64,000 bases of DNA, taken from positions 26,206-90,205 of the IMG/VR virus record IMGVR_UViG_3300045595_000041. The stretch is one strand, 5' to 3'. Both the position numbers and the translations under genes were made by a program. Positions 18,795 to 28,766 of this stretch are shown here, piece after piece (within the stretch, counting starts at the first letter, position 1; each line of letters begins with the position of its first letter). A model generated the notes under the pieces. That model was given only the letters and a program-made list of their open reading frames with translations, had not been told where the DNA came from and did no database searches. This DNA is from a virus. Lineage: Duplodnaviria; Caudoviricetes.

Positions 18795-20078
18795 ATGGTA
18801 ACAGCTATCGATAAGCTTAAAGCTAGTCTTAAGTCTCAATTTGGGGATATATCTGCTATGTCTCCAAGTGAGATACCAAACAAGGGTGTTGTTTCTACAG
18901 GCTCATTAGGAATAGACTACATGGTCGGTTCTAAGCATGGTATGGGCGTGCCAAGAAACATTGTAGTAGAGCTAGGTGGAATGCCAGGCTCATCAAAGTC
19001 TTCACTTTCATTTTCGATAATCGAGCACGTTCTTGAATTGGAATTCTACAGAGCTTGCTTCAAGCGAAAAGTAGAGAAGCTAGTATCTCAAGGAAAATTC
19101 GAAAAAGGTGAATTAGACTGGTTCAACAAATTCTATGATGAGCAGATAGCAGACTTGCATGTATGGAATGAGCAAGAGAAGAATGATGCTGTAGATGCAG
19201 AGACGTTGACAGACGAAGAGAAGCAGTCTGTCATAGAGAATGACATGAGAAACGGTATCTATCTAGATGTCGAAGGCAGATTCGACAAAGAATGGGCTTC
19301 TCATTTCATCAAAGAAGAGTTCTTCAACAAGCTCATTCTTGTCTGGCCTGATACTGCAGAGCAAGCGACTGACATGTACGTAGAAGCTTTGCGAACTGGC
19401 ACTATAGCAGTTGCAGTATTCGATTCCATAGGTGGAGCTCCATCTCAAAGGACATACTGGAAGTCAGCTACATCTGGAAATGTAGGTGGCAATGCATTAG
19501 CTATCACTAGATTCTCACAATTTGCTCAGAACATGTCAAACAAGTATACATGTCTGACAATCGGAATCAACCAGGTCAGAGCAGACATGAGTGGATATCA
19601 TCAGTACATAACTCCTGGTGGTCTTGGATGGCAGCATGCATGCTCTTTGAGAATCGAACTGAAGCGCAAGAACAAAGATGTCGTATATGATATCGAACCA
19701 GGCACAGTAGACTCCCAATACATATGCGGGTACAAAGTTGCTGCAAGACTGCACAAGAATTCTATTGGCATGTCTAAGCAAGCTTGTGAGTTCTGGTTCT
19801 ACACTAACGATTGCAGATATGGCAAAGCTGGCTTTGGAACTATAGAAGAGCTCATCAACCTTGCTACTCTGTGTGGAGAAGTAGAAAAGGGTGCTGCTGG
19901 AGTGTATCGATCAGGATACTTCCCAGATGGCAAGATTCGTGGCTATGACAAGATGGTCAACTACATAAAGAATGATGAAGGCGTCTACAATCAGCTGTAT
20001 GAAGACATGAAGTCTAGATTGATGTCTGGTGACATACGAAATGCTGTCACAGAATTCAATGATGCTGACGAAGAATAA
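18795..20078 (+). CDS. recA: RecA/UvsX-like recombinase
   Basis: STGSLGID, VELGGMPGSSKS, YLDVE, VFDSIG, INQVR, TPGG, SLRIEL; likely start at ATG 18795. Confidence 0.93.
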   Translation: MVTAIDKLKASLKSQFGDISAMSPSEIPNKGVVSTGSLGIDYMVGSKHGMGVPRNIVVELGGMPGSSKSSLSFSIIEHVLELEFYRACFKRKVEKLVSQGKFEKGELDWFNKFYDEQIADLHVWNEQEKNDAVDAETLTDEEKQSVIENDMRNGIYLDVEGRFDKEWASHFIKEEFFNKLILVWPDTAEQATDMYVEALRTGTIAVAVFDSIGGAPSQRTYWKSATSGNVGGNALAITRFSQFAQNMSNKYTCLTIGINQVRADMSGYHQYITPGGLGWQHACSLRIELKRKNKDVVYDIEPGTVDSQYICGYKVAARLHKNSIGMSKQACEFWFYTNDCRYGKAGFGTIEELINLATLCGEVEKGAAGVYRSGYFPDGKIRGYDKMVNYIKNDEGVYNQLYEDMKSRLMSGDIRNAVTEFNDADEE

Positions 20079-20137
20079 TCCGATTTTACTTTTTATTGCC
20101 TATAGTATATAATATAATTATAGACTTGGAGACAACA

Positions 20138-20680
20138 ATGGCTAATTCTCATGAAAGCTTCCCAGACTGGCATCAGCACGAAAAAGACATATCTGACATG
20201 ATTCAAGCTGATCAGACCACAGCTTCTGGTTCCGTATGGTATGACAAGACAGACGTGACGACAAGAGAGCATCCGTTAGATAGAGAAGTGCAATTCCAAG
20301 CTGATGGAAAGTCAACTCACTTCAGCAAGTATTCTATCGATGTGCATTTCATGGAAGAGAACAGACTTCGTGCAGTTAAGACTGGCAAGATCTTCCTTCT
20401 TCCTGTTCGTTTCGAACTTACGCCAGACAGACATGAGAAATACGACTATGTCGTTCTGTCAATGGACGATTTCAGATTCGTCACTGGTCTAGACGAAGTG
20501 AAAAGCATGCGAGAGAAAGATGCTAATCGCAAGAACAAAGAAGCTGCATTCAAGAACAAGATATCAGCCGTCATCGAGTCACTTTACAATATGGCTGCAG
20601 ACAATAAGCTGTCTTGTAATGAGCTAAACATCATATACAAAGCTTGCGATGCTCTCGATGAAGGCATGAATGAACTGTGA
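20138..20680 (+). CDS. PD-(D/E)xK nuclease, Holliday junction resolvase-like
   Basis: ASGSVW..KTD...ADGKST pattern; next to recA; promoter at 20082. Confidence 0.55.
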   Translation: MANSHESFPDWHQHEKDISDMIQADQTTASGSVWYDKTDVTTREHPLDREVQFQADGKSTHFSKYSIDVHFMEENRLRAVKTGKIFLLPVRFELTPDRHEKYDYVVLSMDDFRFVTGLDEVKSMREKDANRKNKEAAFKNKISAVIESLYNMAADNKLSCNELNIIYKACDALDEGMNEL

Positions 20681-21237
20681 CAGATTCATTAGAGCTTGTA
20701 TCTGCTGTTGCTCAGTCTAGCAAAGAGAGGCTTGCGAAGTCTAGCATATGTAGAATATGCTCTCTAGAAGTATCTGAAAGGCGAGTCTTAGAGCAGCTTA
20801 TAGCTTGTGGAGTGCCCAATACTGTAATCATACATATTGCGAGTCAGATGTTCAATATCGAGATCAATGGCTCTATTATAGCTAAGCACATTGATCATCT
20901 TCCTGCTAAACTGTTCATGTACAAGGAGATAATAGAGAGACGAGCTAAAGAAGCTGGCATATCTCCAGATGATACTGCTAGCAGACTTACTCCAGTCGCT
21001 TACATAGAGATGCTTCTCAATGACGCAGCTCAGACACTTATCGACAATCCTAAAAGCACTAATGCATTCGTTGGAATGCAAGCTGCCAAGACTTTGATAG
21101 ACATCGAAGGCAACAAAGCTTCTCAAGAAGATGTCATGCTTTGGGTTTCTAAGTTCAGGCAATTGGTCGGTGCTATGAAGACTGTATGCTCTCAAGATCA
21201 GATAGACAAGATACTGAAAGTTGTAGAAGATGAGTGA
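20677..21237 (+). CDS. Hypothetical protein (CxxC)
   Basis: ICRIC near N-terminus; coupled to neighbouring genes. Confidence 0.55.
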   Translation: MTDSLELVSAVAQSSKERLAKSSICRICSLEVSERRVLEQLIACGVPNTVIIHIASQMFNIEINGSIIAKHIDHLPAKLFMYKEIIERRAKEAGISPDDTASRLTPVAYIEMLLNDAAQTLIDNPKSTNAFVGMQAAKTLIDIEGNKASQEDVMLWVSKFRQLVGAMKTVCSQDQIDKILKVVEDE

Positions 21238-21535
21238 GTCTGATATATCAAAAGAAGAAGCTGAGCAGAAGTTCGATGATTTCAGAAAGACAAAAGCTTT
21301 GCTTCCATGTCAGTATCTGCCATCTGCTTATTTCTACAGACGATACTGGATATGGTCTTCGCCTACTGATGTTGATGACATAAGAGTCGTAAAGAATGTT
21401 TGCGATACTTGTCCTCTTAAAGAAGAATGCAGGGAAGTCGGCAAGGATGAGCCATATGGCATTTGGGGTAATGAATATAGAGAGCATTGGGCTGAAAGAC
21501 GAGACCTAGACGTCGACAGGGAACCATATGCTTGA
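21230..21535 (+). CDS. whiB: WhiB-family transcriptional regulator
   Basis: C...KNVCDTCPLKEEC...EPYGIWG: four Cys plus G(I/V)WG. Confidence 0.85.
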   Translation: MSESDISKEEAEQKFDDFRKTKALLPCQYLPSAYFYRRYWIWSSPTDVDDIRVVKNVCDTCPLKEECREVGKDEPYGIWGNEYREHWAERRDLDVDREPYA

Positions 21536-21616
21536 TTTTTTGTCATATGATTGTACATTGTCAATCATTTGATATATAATAATAATACTATAAAATACAA
21601 AAAGAAAGGATTCATT

Positions 21617-22048
21617 TTGAACAAAAGCAACAAAGACTTTCTAAGCAAGAAAGCTTCACAATTTGATTGGGAAGACATCCTCAATTCACAGATGGCATTG
21701 CAATCTGCTTATCATGTAGATTTGAATGCTAAAGGCAAAGATAGATGCCGTCTGATAAAAGACATGGCTTTCTCATGCGAATCAGAGCTTCATGAAATGT
21801 TGCAATGTGTTTCATGGAGAGACTGGTCTGATAGTGATGACATAGATGAAGATGGCGTAAAAGAAGAGCTACGTGACTCATTCCAATTCTTCGTCAATCT
21901 TATGCTAATAATGAAAATGTCACCTGAAGAGCTATTTGAAAGAGTCAAGTCCAAGCAGAATAAGAATTGGGACAGAATCTCTTCTAATTACAGCGAGCAT
22001 ATCAATTCTAAGGATTCTGATGGATCAGACTATAGTAATGCAATCTGA
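21617..22048 (+). CDS. All-alpha (dimeric) dUTPase/dCTPase, T4 gp56-like fold
   Basis: ESELHEML..SWRDW...EELRDSFQF...KQNKNWDR pattern; TTG start after AAAGGA. Confidence 0.75.
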   Translation: MNKSNKDFLSKKASQFDWEDILNSQMALQSAYHVDLNAKGKDRCRLIKDMAFSCESELHEMLQCVSWRDWSDSDDIDEDGVKEELRDSFQFFVNLMLIMKMSPEELFERVKSKQNKNWDRISSNYSEHINSKDSDGSDYSNAI

Positions 22049-22811
22049 ACCTTCTATGTCTGATGAAGAAATGCGATATGACTTTCTTTCAGACAGAGAT
22101 GTTCTTTATGTCTATTCTGTATATCCTGAATCTAAGAAGAAGTCATGGTGCCCAACTTGCAATGGTAGTGATGCTAATTGCGATCACGAATTGCAAAGGC
22201 AATTGTTCAAGCATTATGCGAATGCAGGCATAGGTCTTACATATCAACGGCTTTCATGGAAAGACTACAATGGACCAGAAGATGTGAAGAAGTTCTGTCA
22301 GATATATGCAAGTCAATCTAAAGCTTTCAAAGAGAACAATGTCGGACTAATGCTTCTTGGCAATAATGGAACAGGCAAGACTACTGTAATGTCATTGCTA
22401 TTGAAAGACTTGGTAAGACAAAGAGCTAAGTGCTTCTTCACAACGTATTCGAATCTAGTTCAAATGCTTGGTGGCTCGTTTTACGATGAAGATGCAAGAC
22501 GGCTTTATGCTGACAAGATTATCAAGTCTACTTTCTTGGCTATAGACGACATAGGCAAAGAGATGGCTAACAAGTTGACTGTAAATGCTATCGATAATGT
22601 TCTTAGACAAAGAGTGCAAGCTTCTAGACCTACTTTCCTTACGTCGAACATGACAAGAGGTCAGATAATGAATGAGTATGGAAGATCTGCTTTCAGTCTG
22701 ATAGCTGAGACCTCTAATGCATTCGATTTTGACGGATACGATGTCAGACCAGATGTAAGAAAGCGAAAGCTTGAAGATGCAGCTAAGGGTATCATTCATC
22801 CCATCATTTGA
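22038..22811 (+). CDS. DnaC/IstB-like AAA+ helicase loader
   Basis: CPTC Zn motif, GNNGTGKT, LAIDDIGKE, LRQR...PTFLTSN; start codon uncertain. Confidence 0.88.
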   Translation: MQSEPSMSDEEMRYDFLSDRDVLYVYSVYPESKKKSWCPTCNGSDANCDHELQRQLFKHYANAGIGLTYQRLSWKDYNGPEDVKKFCQIYASQSKAFKENNVGLMLLGNNGTGKTTVMSLLLKDLVRQRAKCFFTTYSNLVQMLGGSFYDEDARRLYADKIIKSTFLAIDDIGKEMANKLTVNAIDNVLRQRVQASRPTFLTSNMTRGQIMNEYGRSAFSLIAETSNAFDFDGYDVRPDVRKRKLEDAAKGIIHPII

Positions 22812-22830
22812 AAGAATGTAACAACAGCTT

Positions 22831-24123
22831 ATGGAAGAAGCAACTAAATTAGAAGACATGGCTGTCTACTTGATGACAGATCTGACTTCATTGAAGAGAA
22901 TGTACTCTCTTGGTCTTAGAGAGACTTACTTCGATGATCTATTGAACAAGAAAGCATTTGCGTTCTCTGTAGAATACTGGCAAGGTTCTAATCTTAAGAA
23001 AGCACCTACAAGCAGTCTGCTTGAGAAGGAAGTCCCAAGCCTACATGTGAAGTCGACAGACATATCTGCTACATATATAGTTGATGCTCTTAAGAAACGG
23101 CTTATATCGAACAGGATGAAAAGAGCTTTGCTGGATTCGGCAGACTCTTTGAAAGAGCATCCTAAAGAAGCCCTAGAAATTCTGTCTAATCAGCTATGGT
23201 CTATTTCGAAGCAAGCTAAAGACAGAAAGAATGTCTCGGAACTGTATGATACTGTAGAAAGTCGAAAAGAACGATATCATAAGCGTTCTAAGATGTCGAA
23301 GAATGGTCTTATTGGCGCATCTATAGGTTTCCCAGAGATCGATCAAGTCACAATGGGTCTTGCAAATGGAGAGCTATGCACAATAGCTGCTCCTACTAAG
23401 ACTGGCAAGACATGGATTGGCCTAAAGATTGTTGCAGAAGCTATGAAAGCTAAGAAGAGAGTAGTCTTCTTCACGCTTGAGCTTTCTGTAGCAGATATCG
23501 AAGATAGACTTGACGCTATTCTGTCTGGCGTATCATATTCAAGGCTTTCTACAGGCACATTGTCATCTATAGAGATTGGAAAGCTGTCAAAGATTCAGCA
23601 GTCATATGATTCATATGGAAAAGTACTGATTTCTAAGCCACGAATAGGTGAAAGAACAGTTCCAGACATGATGAAAGTAATACGAGATTTTGATGCGGAG
23701 TTAGTAGTCATAGACCAGCTTTCATTCATGGAAGCATCGAATCCTGGAACATCAAAGACAGAGAATGCATCTAGAATAATCGATGAGCTTAAGATGTCGA
23801 TATCTGAAGACGAAGACAGCATGATTCCAGTCTACTTGCTTTCTCAGATGAATAGAGCTGCTTCATTCACAGAGAATGGAAGAGGAAAGCTGACTAATAT
23901 CGCTCTTACTTCGAACATAGAGAATGCTTCAGATCTGATAATAGGCCTTGGCTCTACTAAAGAGCAGAGAATCAACAACACTATGGTTCTTGAGATTCTT
24001 GGGTCAAGACGAACTAGCATGAGGTCTTGGCTGATATATCGAAATCTTCAAGACAAGACAGACTTCCACGTCATAAAAGAGATGACAGAGGATGAAGACG
24101 CAAGCGAAGAGGTAGAATCATAA
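22831..24123 (+). CDS. dnaB: Replicative DNA helicase
   Basis: GFPEID..TMGL..GEL..IAAPTKTGKT, FTLE, VVIDQL, LSQMNR, IENASD. Confidence 0.93.
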   Translation: MEEATKLEDMAVYLMTDLTSLKRMYSLGLRETYFDDLLNKKAFAFSVEYWQGSNLKKAPTSSLLEKEVPSLHVKSTDISATYIVDALKKRLISNRMKRALLDSADSLKEHPKEALEILSNQLWSISKQAKDRKNVSELYDTVESRKERYHKRSKMSKNGLIGASIGFPEIDQVTMGLANGELCTIAAPTKTGKTWIGLKIVAEAMKAKKRVVFFTLELSVADIEDRLDAILSGVSYSRLSTGTLSSIEIGKLSKIQQSYDSYGKVLISKPRIGERTVPDMMKVIRDFDAELVVIDQLSFMEASNPGTSKTENASRIIDELKMSISEDEDSMIPVYLLSQMNRAASFTENGRGKLTNIALTSNIENASDLIIGLGSTKEQRINNTMVLEILGSRRTSMRSWLIYRNLQDKTDFHVIKEMTEDEDASEEVES

Positions 24124-25166
24124 TGCACTACATTCCAGGTAGAAGCTTGAGAATAGCTTTCGTCACGCATAAAAGCAATCTTCATGGAAGCCTGACTTGG
24201 TTCAATTCTATGAAGGAGATAGAGTTTTTGAAGCAAGTATTCAAGGGCTCTGTTGTTGATGGCGTAAGCATGAAGCCTGATGCTAAAGATTTCAATACTA
24301 CGTTCAAGCAGGCATCTAAAAGACGTTACGACCTGATCGTCATGAATCTTCAGAAGAAGTATGATTCTGAAAGAAAGCACGCTGGCTTCAAAATGATGAA
24401 TGATTTCATCAAGCAATCTGAAGCGCCTGTGCTAGCGCTTGTAGATGATGTAGTGATAGCAGAATCGCCATCTACGAATATGTCTTCTTTCGACAACAAG
24501 ATGGCAGTGATAGGAATGAAGATAGACAGCAAGAAGCTGAAAGATGCTGGATATCATAATGTCGTCATCTCTAACAGAATCAAAGACATGTCTGTCATGC
24601 TGAAGTCAAATAGACGTTTCATTACTTCGGCTAAGTCTGTAGACTTCGCTTACATTGGAATGCTTCGCAACAAGAGACTTAGACTAGTAGTAGATGCTTT
24701 CAATGCTCTTTCGAGAGCAGGATATTCATGCAAATTCTATGGAGCTGATGCTATCTATGACATGGATTCAGAAGAATCTTCTAATATTCTGCATTCTGCT
24801 GAGTTTGAAGTGCTAGACAAAGTAGATGCTGATAAAGTAGTAGACGTCATGTCTGAAGCTATATACTCCATTCTTCCAAGATACGATTATGGAAAAGACA
24901 TATTCTCAAACAGGATATACGAAGATGATTCTGCTAACTGCTTGATGCTAGCAGATGAGCAATATGGCCTCCATGACATTTTCGATAAGGAAGTAAGATA
25001 TCAGAATGACAAGGATCTGATAGCTTTAGTCAAGCTGTTCGATGATCATCCAGAACTGCAGTCGTACATGCTTGACCAGCAGCATGTAAGCGTAGAGAGA
25101 GAATATCATGCTTCCAGAGCAGAGCTAGAGCAAGCTTTGATAGATTCTGTAAAAGAGCTTCTGTGA
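24123..25166 (+). CDS. GT-B glycosyltransferase resembling T4 DNA beta-glucosyltransferase
   Basis: By-eye colinear motifs with T4 Bgt: LRIAFV/MKIAII, VDGVSMK/VDIISLK, DFAYIGMLR/DVIYGGSFR, FYG/FFG, SNRIYE..ANCLMLADE/TLRVWE..SDAVMLIDE, MLDQQH/MLSIQH. Confidence 0.7.
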   Translation: MHYIPGRSLRIAFVTHKSNLHGSLTWFNSMKEIEFLKQVFKGSVVDGVSMKPDAKDFNTTFKQASKRRYDLIVMNLQKKYDSERKHAGFKMMNDFIKQSEAPVLALVDDVVIAESPSTNMSSFDNKMAVIGMKIDSKKLKDAGYHNVVISNRIKDMSVMLKSNRRFITSAKSVDFAYIGMLRNKRLRLVVDAFNALSRAGYSCKFYGADAIYDMDSEESSNILHSAEFEVLDKVDADKVVDVMSEAIYSILPRYDYGKDIFSNRIYEDDSANCLMLADEQYGLHDIFDKEVRYQNDKDLIALVKLFDDHPELQSYMLDQQHVSVEREYHASRAELEQALIDSVKELL

Positions 25167-26083
25167 TGAGCTTAGGAAGACTTTCTGCTATAGAGATAAT
25201 CAGAAGATATCGTCCAGACAGCAGAATCATAGTAAGCGGAAGCTGGATACGACATTCTTGCATAATCGATACGGTAGATCCGCATCACAATCACGGTGAC
25301 AGAAATCCGTCTGCAGGTCTGAACAGCCAATCTGGAGCTTATCTTTGCTTTGCATATTCTGCTCATGCTTTGTCATTCAACAAGCTGAAGCAGATAATGC
25401 ATCTGCAGTATGACTTCGAGTCTGAAAGAAGAGAGCTGCCATCTGACTTCAAGAAAGCTATGGAGTCTAAAGTATCGAATGATGACAAGCATCTCATAGA
25501 CCTAAGACCATACAAGCGAGTCAATCATCAATACATGCTAGACAGGGGCTTTCTAGAGTCTACTCTTGATGCTGCAGACATAAGGTATGACGACATCAAT
25601 GAAAGAATAGTCATACCAGTGTATGAAGACGGAATGTGCGTAGGATATCAAAGCAGAGCAATAAGAGATTCTCAGTTCCCAAGATACAAGAACAGCAAAG
25701 GCTTCGACAAGTCAGAGCATGTCTATTCGATATCTGCTTTAGACGAATCTATGCCATTGATCGTATTCGAGTCACCAATGTCTGTAATGCGAGCTTATGA
25801 CTATGGCATGACTAATTGCGTTGCGACATTTGGAAGCAAGATATCTGACAAGCAAGCTGAATTCATCAATGCATTTAGAGATGTTTTGCTATGGTTTGAC
25901 GGTGATGGTGCTGGTCAATGGGGAATAAGGCAAGCAATCAAGAAGCTATCATCTACTGACCTGAGGATAGTGGATTCTAAAGACCTTGGCACTAAAGACA
26001 TAGCTGACATAAGTCAGAATGAAGCTATAGTCAAGATAGTCTCAGCTAAGACTGCTTTAGAATACGCTATTGATTATATTTGA
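25163..26083 (+). CDS. dnaG: DNA primase
   Basis: Zn-binding C...H..GDRNPS...CF, YMLDRGF, RIVIP, GYQSR, RYKNS, TOPRIM FES and WFDGDGAG. Confidence 0.92.
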   Translation: MMSLGRLSAIEIIRRYRPDSRIIVSGSWIRHSCIIDTVDPHHNHGDRNPSAGLNSQSGAYLCFAYSAHALSFNKLKQIMHLQYDFESERRELPSDFKKAMESKVSNDDKHLIDLRPYKRVNHQYMLDRGFLESTLDAADIRYDDINERIVIPVYEDGMCVGYQSRAIRDSQFPRYKNSKGFDKSEHVYSISALDESMPLIVFESPMSVMRAYDYGMTNCVATFGSKISDKQAEFINAFRDVLLWFDGDGAGQWGIRQAIKKLSSTDLRIVDSKDLGTKDIADISQNEAIVKIVSAKTALEYAIDYI

Positions 26084-26116
26084 TATTAGATAGCTATTCT
26101 GTATATCATCAGAATT

Positions 26117-26202
26117 ACGACGTTTATCTCTATGAACTTCAAGTATCAAAGATATATAATTATATATACATAAAATTCTAAGTTCACAGATAACAACGTC
26201 GT
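26117..26202 (+). repeat. 86-bp imperfect palindrome, copy 3
   Basis: ACGACGTTTATCTCTATGAACTT...TATATAATTATATA...AAGTTCACAGATAACAACGTCGT. Confidence 0.95.
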
Positions 26203-26275
26203 TAATCTGTACTAGATTTTACAATTGTTCAATAATGATATATAATATAAATATAGTTGAATAGAAAGGACTTAA

Positions 26276-27214
26276 ATGTCAACTACGTTAAAAGATCTGC
26301 AAGCATTTATAGATGACAATCTTGATAAAGTCATTCATAGAGGAATAGATTGCAAATATACTGACGATAAGCTGCAATTCAAAGACGATGACAATCTGTA
26401 CAATATTTCGCCTGTTGCAATATCAGAACTTTCTGCTATTCTGCATTTGCCAAACAAGTATATAGAATCTATCCCTTCAGATTTGCGTACAATGAACATC
26501 ATGTACTTTTTGATGCGTTTCGATGGCAATCTTACATTCTCTATCTCAGATGACTCTATTTCTGAAGTCATAGAATCAGACAATGTAAGGCCTGTCGACA
26601 GCATCATCTCAGAGCTTTCAGAAGTGTTCGATGCAAATGAAGTCAATGTCATTCAGCCAGAGATTGACAACAAGCATATCTCAATGTGGATTTATTTTGC
26701 AGATGAAGTTGCGACTTCTAAGTTCGGTACATTCAATCAAGGGTACAATCTTTATATTGGAACAGGCAAGAAAGATTCTGTGTATTGCAATCCTATTCTT
26801 GTCAATCCACTTGAAGAAACAGCTATTGAAGTATTGGTCGATGACGATGATGAAGTAGACAATTCGTCTATAACAGAAAAAATTGAATACGTCATGTTAT
26901 TCAAGAATGTCTTTGATGCGCTTAATCTAGCTTCTGAAAATAGAATAGAAGACGTTAATGTATTCTTCGATATTATGTCTTCCGGTTTTCATATGACTTC
27001 TAAAGCTAAGAAAGCTGTACTAGAAGAATTGCAATTGTCAGATACTTCTACTATATCTGATGCAATAAAAGCTTCATTGTCTGCAGAGACTAGAATGAAG
27101 AAGCTTTCAGACGTCAAGTCTATCGCTACATTTATAGGAAAGTACTCTGAATTCAAGAACCCGAAATTCTGCTCTGAATGCGGACAACCAATCATTGAGG
27201 ATGTGAATCTTTGA
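26276..27214 (+). CDS. Hypothetical protein (DUF932-like N-terminus, C-terminal Zn ribbon)
   Basis: AISELSAILHLPNKYI..IP; FCSECG at C-terminus; promoter at 26215. Confidence 0.45.
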   Translation: MSTTLKDLQAFIDDNLDKVIHRGIDCKYTDDKLQFKDDDNLYNISPVAISELSAILHLPNKYIESIPSDLRTMNIMYFLMRFDGNLTFSISDDSISEVIESDNVRPVDSIISELSEVFDANEVNVIQPEIDNKHISMWIYFADEVATSKFGTFNQGYNLYIGTGKKDSVYCNPILVNPLEETAIEVLVDDDDEVDNSSITEKIEYVMLFKNVFDALNLASENRIEDVNVFFDIMSSGFHMTSKAKKAVLEELQLSDTSTISDAIKASLSAETRMKKLSDVKSIATFIGKYSEFKNPKFCSECGQPIIEDVNL

Positions 27215-28212
27215 AGCTAGCAATATTGATCACAGAGAAAGATTCAGAAGCATCGCTTGTCAATATCATCAATGATGCTATGCATGTCAATGATGCTAAG
27301 ATATTCGTAGTAGATGACGGGTCAAGAATTCCAATCTCTATAGAATGCAATAGCAAACTAACAGTTTTCAGGCATGATAAGAACATTGGCTATGGAGCAG
27401 AAATGAACTTTCTGCTTGATTGCATAAAGGATGACGACTTCGATTATGTCATGTTTGCAGAAGCAGATGACAGAATAGATTATGTCAATCTCAATGAAGT
27501 CTTGCAAAAAGTTAGCAACTTGCCATGCTACTATGACATGATCAAGTGCTCGTATTACAAGAGACAGACACCAGAAAGTGAGTTTTGCATTCCAGAATCT
27601 GAATTAGCTTTCTATGAAGATGGTCTTCTGAAGAACAAAGACATTCCTATGATGTTAGATCATCATAATGCTATCTGGTCTATTCTTTATTCTTCTGCAT
27701 TTATAGAGAATCATAGTTTTGTAGAGGCTAAAGGTGCTGGATGGGTAGACATACCTTTTGCGTATGATACTTTGCTAGATGCTGATGCTATATACAGAAT
27801 TGCAACACCAATCTACAAATATACATTGCATAACGTCACTAATTCATCAGATGTTTTCGATGCATCTACTCCATTTGCAAGATTGCTAGATGTTCAGAAG
27901 ATTTTGTTTGATGAAGGCATAGACAATGTTCCTGTAGAAGTTCTGTGGTGCTATATTCATCAAATTCTGAAAATGATAGATCTTTGCTTCTACAACAAAC
28001 GAAAGCTTTCTGAATATCAAACCAGCAGATTTGCTATCTATCAATGCATGAACTTCATATACAGCATCGTGAATGACAGATCATTTGCTAACATATTGCG
28101 TGTCTTCAAGAATGACAGAAGTCTTCTTGACGATGTATCTTCAGAGCAAATAGCTATTTTAGACGACTTCAATAAGAACGGCAATATAGACAAATGGATA
28201 AGCAGTCTTTAA
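27211..28212 (+). CDS. Glycosyltransferase family 2
   Basis: IFVVDDGS, NIGYGAEMN, YVMFAEADD, AIWSILY, W.D.PF motifs. Confidence 0.85.
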   Translation: MKLAILITEKDSEASLVNIINDAMHVNDAKIFVVDDGSRIPISIECNSKLTVFRHDKNIGYGAEMNFLLDCIKDDDFDYVMFAEADDRIDYVNLNEVLQKVSNLPCYYDMIKCSYYKRQTPESEFCIPESELAFYEDGLLKNKDIPMMLDHHNAIWSILYSSAFIENHSFVEAKGAGWVDIPFAYDTLLDADAIYRIATPIYKYTLHNVTNSSDVFDASTPFARLLDVQKILFDEGIDNVPVEVLWCYIHQILKMIDLCFYNKRKLSEYQTSRFAIYQCMNFIYSIVNDRSFANILRVFKNDRSLLDDVSSEQIAILDDFNKNGNIDKWISSL

Positions 28213-28673
28213 GAAAAGTCTTAGAAGCATTTCAGAACGATGCTGGTGCATCTGAAACAGAGAAAGCATTAGCGACTAGACTTCTTAAGACTATTCCTAA
28301 ACTGTCTATTGTAAGTGAAGACAAATCAGTAGACATAGCTTTCGACATTGCGATGTCATCCGACCTAAGAATGGAAATAGCTAAGATTGCTTCTTCATAT
28401 GGCTGTGTCATAGTATATGATAATGATACGACGTACATAAGAGGAAGACACAATCAAGCTGTCGCTTTCAAGTACATAGTAGACAATGCTTTGTCTTTAT
28501 GCAAAGATATCGATGATATAGACGTAGCGATAGCTGTTCTTAGAAAGATAGGCGAATCTAAATACAGTATCGTTGCATCATTGCCAGACGTAAAAGACTG
28601 CAATGTAGAATATGTGAAGACGAAGCATATTGGAAAACGAAAAATGAACAAAGCTGATAAGCTACTTTCTTAA
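28194..28673 (+). CDS. Hypothetical protein (DUF2786-like N-terminus)
   Basis: LRKVL...GASETEKALA..LL pattern. Confidence 0.4.
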   Translation: MDKQSLRKVLEAFQNDAGASETEKALATRLLKTIPKLSIVSEDKSVDIAFDIAMSSDLRMEIAKIASSYGCVIVYDNDTTYIRGRHNQAVAFKYIVDNALSLCKDIDDIDVAIAVLRKIGESKYSIVASLPDVKDCNVEYVKTKHIGKRKMNKADKLLS

Positions 28674-28766
28674 TAGTTTCATATTATATCATCTGTATTT
28701 TACAATCTTCAGCAAATGGTATATAATATAAATATAAGGATAAAACAAGCAATGAAAGGAAAAGCA

